Part shown: positions 54,640-64,000 of the stretch, one piece after another
How the letters are laid out: the number at the start of each line of letters is the position of its first letter
Numbering within the stretch: the stretch's first letter is position 1
Assembly: GCF_006345805.1 (NCBI RefSeq)
Contig: NC_043006.1
Span: forward strand, 74,400,001 to 74,464,000
Direction: 5' to 3'
DNA: 64,000 nt
DNA from: Octopus sinensis
Lineage: Eukaryota
Notes under the pieces: generated by a model
Database searches by the model: none
Seen by the model: only the letters and a program-made list of their open reading frames with translations
Told to the model about the DNA's origin: nothing
Made by a program: the position numbers and the translations under genes

Positions 54640-54834
54640 AAATGTGACCGCATGTGTATCGTTGGCGATTTTTTTCCTTCGTCTTCCCTTCTTTGGATCT
54701 TTCCTTTTCCTATGTTTCTGACGAAGAGCTCCGCTCGAAACGTTAAACCCTCCTTCTTTTCTGAGCGTCCAATAATACTATACTTGTTCCACGTCCTCGT
54801 GTTGTGTTTTCTCTTTGTGTTTTCATGTTTGGAT

Positions 54835-54840
<6 letters not shown>
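54640..54840 (+). mobile_element. Solo PLE pLTR fragment
   Basis: Reverse complement of 40971-41165. It contains an HHR, and its 3' end abuts (TA)n at 54839. Confidence 0.72.
54714..54748 (+). ncRNA. Minimal (35 nt) hammerhead ribozyme motif
   Basis: GUUU-CUGACGA-A-GAGC-UCC-GCUC-GAAAC-GUU-AAAC: intact core and loop-less palindromic stem III (ACGU). Confidence 0.75.
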
Positions 54841-54886
<46 letters not shown>

Positions 54887-55319
54887 TAAATATAACATGT
54901 GACAATTATTCGGTAGCCATGATAAAACTCTGAATAAATTGACACATATTACATTTACAGATAAATTCCTCTCTTTATATAATATCGAGGTCTCTTTCAT
55001 TCTTTTGTTGTCTTACCATTTTTATCTATATATATATATATACGCACATACATATATGCACACCACATATATACATGCATGTATGCATAGAGCATGTATA
55101 TGCGTATAGGCACGCTATCATTCACTCGCATAATCAGACACAGACACATACACTCATACACACATATATCATCATACCTCTTTCATATTTCCAGCTCTTT
55201 TATTTAATTTTATTAATTTCTCTCGTCTTCCTTCATTCTTTATTAATTCTTTCCTATATTTCCCTGCCTGCACACTTGACTGCCTGTTTTTCGTCTCACC
55301 CCTTTCTTTCCCAAAACTT

Positions 55320-55356
<37 letters not shown>

Positions 55357-55819
55357 ATTTATATATATATATACATGTATATGTGCGTTATCCACCACTC
55401 CATTGAAATTTCTTTTTATCTATTATATCAGTACATCTCTCTTCACAGTACTTCTTTTCCTTTCAACATCCTTATCGCCTGACATGAAAATGTTTGTGAC
55501 GATCAAACGGAATAAAGAAGGCACTTGATTTGACCTTTAGTGTAGAATTTCTTTTAGTATAGAGAGAGAGCGTCATTTATTTTCTTTCGTAACATTATAA
55601 CCATACTTGCACATACATTCCACGTATTACTTTTAGTCGTTCTTATTGAGTCTTTATGTTTTGATGTCTGCACATATTTTATCGATATGTTAGATGCATT
55701 TTATAAAAAACAGGAAATGAAAGCAGAGACAGACAAACACACTCATACTCACATAAGCTATATACGTAGATACATACTTACATATGTGTGTACATGTCTG
55801 TGTGTAGACATGTACTCAT

Positions 55820-56502
55820 GAACGTGAAGAGTGTGCTGTGCGATTTTTGTTCTTGAGTCAAAATGACCAAATGATACTGAATGAGTTTCTGCCAAAAACT
55901 TGATGATACGCAAGGCCAGACTACCGAGAAGATTCGGGAGCCCTCTAGAGCTGATACTATGGGGAAAAATAAAGGAGTGATACAACCGGTTAGGAAATGG
56001 CCACACCTCCTGGACAGTGAGCCACGTTGTAGCAGACCATCAGCTAGCAGAAACGACGAAATGATGGCAAAGGTACGAGATAGTCTTTGTGAAGCTGTTT
56101 GGCGAAAACGATTCGAACTGTGAATAGCAACTCCACCATGACACGAAAGCGCTCATTCCATTCACGTCGTCCAAGTATTCCTCGTCAAGCAAAACACACC
56201 ACTTGTTAGTCAGGCTTCCTACTCTCTAGACTTGGCTCCGTGTCACTTTTGGCTATTCCCAAAGCTAAGCAAAAAAGAAAAAAACATTCAAAGAGAGAAG
56301 AGTTGAGTCAACAGAGGATATTAAGCAAAATTCGACAGCACATCTCTACAGCATCCTAAAACGTGATTTCCAGAAATGTTTCTGGCAGTGGCAGAAACGA
56401 TGGCCGAAGTGCGTAGACTCCCAAGGCGAATACTAGATCTAAATGGTGAGGTTTTTAATATTACTTGACCAAAGTTCGTATACTTTTTGACCTCACTTCG
56501 TA
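55820..56502 (+). mobile_element. mariner transposase pseudogene, internally deleted
   Basis: An HTH region (FCQKL..LDSEPRCSRPS) is fused to LCEAVWRKRFEL..LHHD..AH..YSLDLAPCHFWLFPKL..FQKCFWQWQKRWPKCVDSQGEY (YSPDLAP motif). Confidence 0.88.
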
Positions 56503-56716
56503 ACCAGCATTAACTGGCTACGGAGTACAAGGTTAAGGAGAAAAGCGGCTGCAAATATACCACCTACACTGACCTGTAATCCTCAAACTTGCAACATTTG
56601 TGGCCTTCTTGGCAAATCCCTGGCGGGTCTTAAATGACACTTTCGACAGTAACATTCACTGACAAGTAACAGTACGATGCCGGAGCCTCATACGTCGAAA
56701 CCGACAGTAGAGTCCA

Positions 56717-56799
<83 letters not shown>

Positions 56800-56947
56800 T
56801 ATATATATATACTTACGCACCCAAGTCTTTATGTGTGTGTGTGTGTGCATTTATAAATTCTTCTTGTTCATTAGTAAACCCTTGTTTTGATAAAGACACT
56901 TTTCCAATGTTCCTGAGCATGTAAACTGAACTTCTTATCTCCAAAAC

Positions 56948-57100
56948 TAGACATGTTAACATTTATAACAATTAATTTTAATATATAAGTGGTGTGGGGA
57001 CATATGCTTATAAACACACACATACTCACAAGCTAGACATGTGAATAGCGATAACAATTAATTTTAATATAGTGAGGTGGAAACATATTCATATAAACAC
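56948..57100 (+). repeat. Diverged tandem duplication, ~85 bp period
   Basis: CTAGACATGT..ATAACAATTAATTTTAATATA..GTG.GGTG..ACATAT..TATAAACAC occurs twice in succession. Confidence 0.7.
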
Positions 57101-57739
57101 GCGCGCGGGTGCATAAGTAGGTATGATTGCTGCTTAGGAAAGTGATTAATTAACTCCTTTATTGATCATTCTTTACACACAGTACTAACTCTGCAGCATG
57201 TGTATTATGTGTTCTAAAACTATGTAATAATATCGCTATGCGTAAGCGAAATAAGAAATTCCACGCACGAAAAGACATACATATATATATATATAAACAT
57301 ATACGGGTTCATCCCTGTACAGTTGATATTCCTTCTTCATATGTTAATTACACTGATGTAATTCATTTCTAGGACTCACCTACTTTAGCTATTGCTAAGA
57401 ATATTATCATTTTTACGGAAACCAAATGCTGTCACGATAGCAGCTGGTTATATTATCATTGTATTGATTATTTTTATCTCTTCGTAGGACGTTTCAAATT
57501 ATATGATCCTTCTTCTTTTTCCTTCACTATAAATTTTATGAATTTTCGAAATCTTTTTTTAACTTTAATTTTACATGAATATTTTAAGAACATAATCTCT
57601 AAATAATAATGGCAGCTTAAGAGTGTTTAGCTCGTTAAAAATATGTAGTAATTTAAATTATGAGAATCAGCGCAGGGATTGGATCAAGAATTAATTTTTG
57701 CCAGCATATAATATGACCGCTCGGAATAATTGCTTATGC

Positions 57740-57808
57740 CTTGTTTATCAAGCAATGTTGAGGGACAAACACAGAGACAAAAACACATACACACACACAC
57801 ACACATGC

Positions 57809-57867
<59 letters not shown>

Positions 57868-58033
57868 TATATACGACGGGCTTCTTTCAGTTTCCGTCTA
57901 CCAAATCCACTCACAAAGCTTTGGTCTGCCAGAGGCTATAGAAGACACTTTCCCAAGGTGCCACGCAGTGGGACTGAACCCGGAACCATGTGGTTCGTAA
58001 GCTAGCTACTTACCACACAGCCACTCCTACGCC
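57740..58033 (-). mobile_element. SINE family A (3'-truncated)
   Basis: Reverse complement of the family A head and body, with an internal (TA)n(CA)n tract. Confidence 0.85.
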
Positions 58034-61000
58034 TTTCAGTTCAACATCGTATTGGTTTTGGCTTTTGGTTTTACTACCTGTTGCGTACGATGATTGATAT
58101 TCAACCTTCCAGCTAAAATAATCGTCCACAGGCACCAGTAACAAAACACCTGTACAATCGGCACTTACTTGCATTTGAGTAACAAATCTTCAGTTTTAGA
58201 CTAATAGTCCACTAAGTATTACCATTCTGATCGCGCATAGTGTGCGCGAGTCCCATGACACACTGTCTTAATGAGTTCTGAACAGAAAACCTATGTTGTC
58301 AAAGCTAAAGTGTTGACAGATGAAATTCTATCCAGTCATTAATGAACTTTCGATGTAAATGAACAAGACTTAGTATATAATTAATCGTTTTACTGTATTT
58401 AAGTATGAGCATTAAGTCACATCAATCTAGGTGAAGGCGCCAGAATTCTTAGCGCGTCGAACAAAACATTTAGCGGCATCTTCTCAAGTTCTTTACGTGC
58501 TAGTGGTGTTTGTGTTGTTGGTGGTGCTAGTGGTGGCGGTGGTTCTGGTGGGGCTAGTTAAATTCTACCCAGGGTAACCACACTTCTCATCTTTCCGCCG
58601 ACAACAAAAAATTTTTTAACCAAGTACAGGGAGCAATGTAATCGACTTACCTTCTCTCTTTAAAATTGCTGAACTTCTGATAAACTTAGAAAGAATTATT
58701 TCAGCAGAAGTGAACGTTATGAAAATTAAGTTTCTTTCGTTATAGTCAGGACTACGCCGAGTATGATCTCCGCACTATCAGACGATAAGTCTACAATGTA
58801 CAAAGTAATTTACATTCCTTTCCATATTTTCCAATACTAAAATTATAAATGAAAGTTTCAATGATTGATACTATCTTCCCACAGTATATTCTATTCATAT
58901 TCATTTATTATCGCGGCTGATACTATTTTATTATTCATTATGGAAATCAGCATTTGAAAGTGATTATTCCAATTACTCTTCATTTCAACCTTTCCAGAAT
59001 CCTTTTAGACAGAAAAGCTTATTTCATAATTTGTAATGGTGATGGAGGTGGAATTTTAATGCATGAATTTGTTAGACACTGACATGTTTTGGTAAATATG
59101 TTTGATCTATTATATTCGGTAGCTATTTTGTCACTGTTATGTTTATAGTTTTAAAAGCTACAATTCATAAGCGATATGCCATTAAAGCACTGAAAGAAAA
59201 AAACTATCTAACATTTTCATGGTGATGATCAATCGCCTTTTATTAATGCAGAATTATGAGACGTATTATACTTTGAAAAATAGTTTTGCATTTAGTTTCT
59301 TTCCTAACATCACATTGTTGCAGTATAATGTATGTAAACTTAAAAGGAAATGTTATTAATTCTGTTTATTACCGCTGTACGGTTGAATAACATCAATGGC
59401 GATTAGTCTTCAAAATAGCGGAGTCATATAACAGCAATGAAGTGATGTAAATTTAAACGAACTCAGCAAATTGTTCACTTGCTAGACAGATGAAACAACG
59501 ACTATGTTAGGGTTTCTGGTTCATGTCTCAACTACCCTAGTATGGATCCGTTTCCATTGCTATCAAAAACTATTAATTATATTCCCTAGATCATTGATAA
59601 GTAGCACACAGTAATGCCGATATAAAATGAGAATGTTTGGATAAAGGAAGTCTTGAGCGAACGTAGACAACACATATGACCACCCTTGTCGGATCTGACT
59701 TTAAAATGTTACTAATATTTGTATTCATTACTATAATGTGGGAAGGTGACAGAATCGTTAGCCGGGACAAAAAGGCTCAGCGGCATTTCGCCCGCCTTTA
59801 CATTCTTCCTGAAATTAAATTCCGCCGAGAATTACTTTGCCTTTCATCCTTTTGAGGTTGATATACTAAGTACCAATTGATCCCTTGGGTTGATGTAACT
59901 ACCTTACCTGCTTCCTTTTAATTGCTGGCATTGTGCGAAAATATTCATATCCCTTATGAGAAGACGGTGAGCTGGAGAATCATAAGTAGTCCGGGCAAAA
60001 TGCTGTTAAGCATTTTGTCCGTCGTTACCTTCTGAGTTCAAATGCTGCCGAAGTAAACTTCATCTTTCATCCTTTCGAGGTCGATAAAATGGGACGATAT
60101 AATCGACGTACCCCAAACCACGAATGTGCTGGCTTGTGCCAAAATTTGATACTTATATATATATTCATTGCCCAAAACTTTATGTGCGCTGAACTTGTCA
60201 GATGGTTGCTCGCCTAATACAATATAAAATGCCGCATTTTGTTACGACTGACTCTAATGTGGAAATTTCCTCATAAAATAAATACTTATTTAAGCACAAA
60301 GGCAGCAATTTTGAGACGAGGGGATTTGTCAGTACTGTAGTTATTTACAATTCGATGTCATGTGAAACCTAATATTTACTAATAGTTTAAATTTTGTATC
60401 GTAGACTCTGAAGTCTTAGTATTTACAAAACATGGTCACAACAACTTTATAACCCTAATAAATTCGTACTTTGTAATAATATATATTCGCATCGAAAGTT
60501 TAACGAATGATCACTCATTAGTATTCTGCAATTTACGTTATATATCAATAACTCTTTTTTCACGATTGCGTATTTAGAGATACGAAAATTGTATTAATAC
60601 AAAACCTTGTATTTAAAATATTTAGAATATTTCGATTTATCCAAGCAATAGCTATTCAAATTGTTTAATCGAAAAGGAAATGAACTCCTCGATATACAAA
60701 TGCAAGGGAAATATATTTCTTCAATAATAAATATAGTATTTTTTTTTTTTTTGTGAGTGAAAATATGATTTTAGGACAAGAAGTCGTCTGTGTAATATAC
60801 TTTCGGGCAATTTTGAGAAATAACATTTCGAAGATGATTACTAATATAAAATCTCGTCCTGATATGTTTACCTTTCAAGAATATTAAAAAAAAACATACA
60901 CAAGTACTCTTCAAAATGTACAAAAACAATATAGACATTTTGGGAAGACGACAAACGTTATGAGATTCACATGTTCAGAACAGTCTAGCTTCTTTAAAAT

Positions 61001-61509
61001 TATATTTCAAATACATACAGAACTTAATATTTAGGCAACAAAACAACTGGATATATTTGGTAAATATAAAACGTGGTTAGGTTTGAAATTAGAAGAACGA
61101 TACTTTACTTCAGCACTAACTCTAATTAATTGGGATAAGCAAATAGGCAATAAATATATTCATAAATTGTCCATTTTAGCAGTAATTTATCCAATTTATC
61201 TATATATGTTTAGTGTGCGTAAAGAGTTTTGCAACATTGATTTTTAGAATTTAGTTTTCTATGCATGCTATAATGGTTTATTGTTGTATTTTAAAGAGTT
61301 TTAGACATAAACGTAATGACGTAGAGAGTGAGTTGATGAAGCTATTATCTGGTATATAGTTTTGAATACAGCTATTAGAGTTAATTGCATTATTTCACTT
61401 CGAAAGAGGTTCATCTCGCTGGTTGTAGACTTTATAGAGTTGACGACCTCTTGATGTCCCACTCTATAAACAATCAACAGTTTTTTTTTTTTGTGGAAAC
61501 GTTCTTTTA

Positions 61510-61723
61510 ATACTCTTTTACTCTTTTGACTGTGGCCATGCTGGAGCACCGCCTTTAGTCGAAGAAATCGACCCCAGGACTTATTCTTTGTAAGCCTAGT
61601 ACTTATTCTATTGGTCTCTTTTGCCGAACCGCTAGCTTACGGGGACGTAAACCACAAGCATCGGTTGTCAAGCGATGTTGGGGGACAAACATAGACACAC
61701 ACAAACATATAGACACACATACA

Positions 61724-61757
<34 letters not shown>

Positions 61758-61928
61758 CATACATACGACGGGCTTCTTTCAGTTTCCGTCTACCAAATCC
61801 ACTCACAAGGCTTTGGTCGGCCCGTGGCTATAGTAGCAGACACTTGCCCAAGGTGCCATGCAGTGGGACTGAACCCAGAGCCATATGGTTGGTAAGCAAG
61901 CTACTTACCACACAGCCACTCCTTCGCC
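61510..61928 (-). mobile_element. SINE family A, full length
   Basis: Reverse complement of the complete head, body and tail. Confidence 0.88.
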
Positions 61929-64000
61929 TATGTTAATTTTGAAATTACAATTGCTATCGATATTTATGTAGTTCAGTTTCTTTTTCTTAGATATTATAGG
62001 ATACTTGAACACAGCTAGGTATCACATTTATAGGAAGCCAAAAGGGAAATTATAATACACAATAAGCTTTGCTTTGTCCAAATGCATTTCCATCTTAACA
62101 CAATTCTCTTAAAATCATGCTTTAATCATTTAGTTCGAAAGAAAATTAGCTTCTATGGACATTTACAGAACCACCAAGACTAGTGTGAGGCGGGATTTAA
62201 GAAGTCATCAGTTTAGTATCCTGTTGAATGCTTGTAACAGATTAGACTCAGCTAAAGCACCCAAAGATCGGATGTCTTAAAGTGAGTCACATGTGAATGC
62301 TACCTCGTATTCGATTTGCAGAATGTAAAAAGCCGGAAAAAGAAAAGAAATAAAATGTAGCAAGAGTCTTGCGTTATTTACTCAAGTTCAGTATAAGTTC
62401 GCCAAAATTACAAACTACCCACTTGATGTCGAAATTCCCAGGAAGTGTACTGAAGCAAAGTTGGCACACAACTGAGAAGAGATTTATTGAAATTTTACTA
62501 ACACGTACATTTAAGGACAGATACGCACGGCATAGGTAATGTTTTTGATACGTGCAATAACGAAATACTTTTTCTCTATCATAGTAAGCCTGGCAACAAG
62601 AAAATTAAGGTACCACAAATTTTAAGGTGCTGTGGTCAGTGATTAATTAATGATCTAGGTTGTCAGATTATTTAACCATTCATGTTTGTAACTAGTCATA
62701 TCAAGGCCGCTAACTTCTTACATTTTGGAAATGGACATTAAGTATATTTTAAGAAACCTTCTTCCCGTCACAGTCTGAAAACGTTATTACAGTATTAATG
62801 CCATCTCTCTAGTAACGTGTTTGAAAGTTTTAGAAAGTTCATTGAAGTGCTTTAAATATCCTTTGAATATTTGAATTTCTCCTTCCACATTCCCATTTTC
62901 ATGATAAAGCCTCCATGCTAAGTGCTGTTCCAAAGCATTCCATGTAAAAAGTGAAAATTTTCGATAAAATGCTACTGGCCTTTTTTTTCTAATTAGAAAA
63001 GAAACTTGGAACGGAATTTTGTTCTATAGAATGTTATGTATCCGTATTAAGTGCCAATTATTTATTTTCTTCGACTTAATTTTACGTATACGCATGATGT
63101 GACATCTTCCTTTAGTTTTTCTTCAAATTTTGTGCATAAATATAAGATTATATTTTTTCTATGCCTCAAGTGCTTCAATTATTAACTGCCCTCTCACCTT
63201 CTCTCATCTCAGGATACTCAATTATTCTTGTTTCTTCTATATAGTTCACTTTCGCATAGATAGTTGTTATCATATTTATCATCTGATATGCATACACACA
63301 CATACATATAACACACTCACATATTTATGTACAAACATACGCGCGAACGAACACACACATGCACACACATACATAATATTTATATAAAAAAAGTGTATGA
63401 CGATATTCTGCGCAAGTCAAACATCTGATATACAACCCAATACGTTAGAAATCATGCGCGTTGCGCGTGTCTGTCTTAACTACATAGTTTGATATGCTAT
63501 ACTTACATTTAAACATTCAAATGAGAATTGAAGCATATTTCATATGAAAGGATGCGTAAATAGTGAAGCGAAATTTAACCATTTTAATGAAAATTTGAAA
63601 GTTATCAAATAGTTAAATATGAATCTTTTTTATTTTCTGTTGTATTTGGACAACATTTTCTTCACTTCTTCGGAATTTCGTTTACTATTGTTATAACAGC
63701 CAGCGGAAGTGAAAGAGAAGTGAATGCAAATGTAAAGAATGTAGGATGTAAGAGAAGGAGTAAGTGATTACAGTGAATGAGTGCTTTGGAAAGTAAATAT
63801 TTGTCTTTGAGGAAATATAGTGAACAAAGTAAACAAATATGGGGATCAGAATAAACATAAATAGAAACACATTTATTGAAAGTTATAAACAGTGGAATTT
63901 TAAAGATGTTTCTATAATTTTTGATGTATCCAAAATCGATTTAGAATCTTGCTTGCGTATACATAAGCACTCACACACACACGTATATTTAGAATACAAG

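Overview
AT-rich, microsatellite-dense eukaryotic DNA. Its SINE repertoire suggests a coleoid cephalopod, most likely Octopus (inference). No intact host gene could be supported, and most ORFs in the track are microsatellite artefacts. The window is a mosaic of decayed transposons: several tRNA-derived SINE families, an internally deleted RTE LINE, L1/Tx1-like fragments, two Helitron remnants, two Tc1/mariner remnants and MITEs. The most notable signal is a set of Penelope-like element (PLE) derivatives carrying minimal type-I hammerhead ribozyme (HHR) motifs from at least four unrelated sequence families, with two more degenerate candidate families. Four are head-to-head inverted-repeat units with the HHRs pointing outward: 2022-4473 (2.45 kb, GIY-YIG endonuclease but no RT core), 33961-35435 (1.5 kb, non-coding), 12241-12588 and 20829-21040. 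Most PLE 3' ends abut (TA)n. All alignments and folds were done by eye; nothing was computed or searched.
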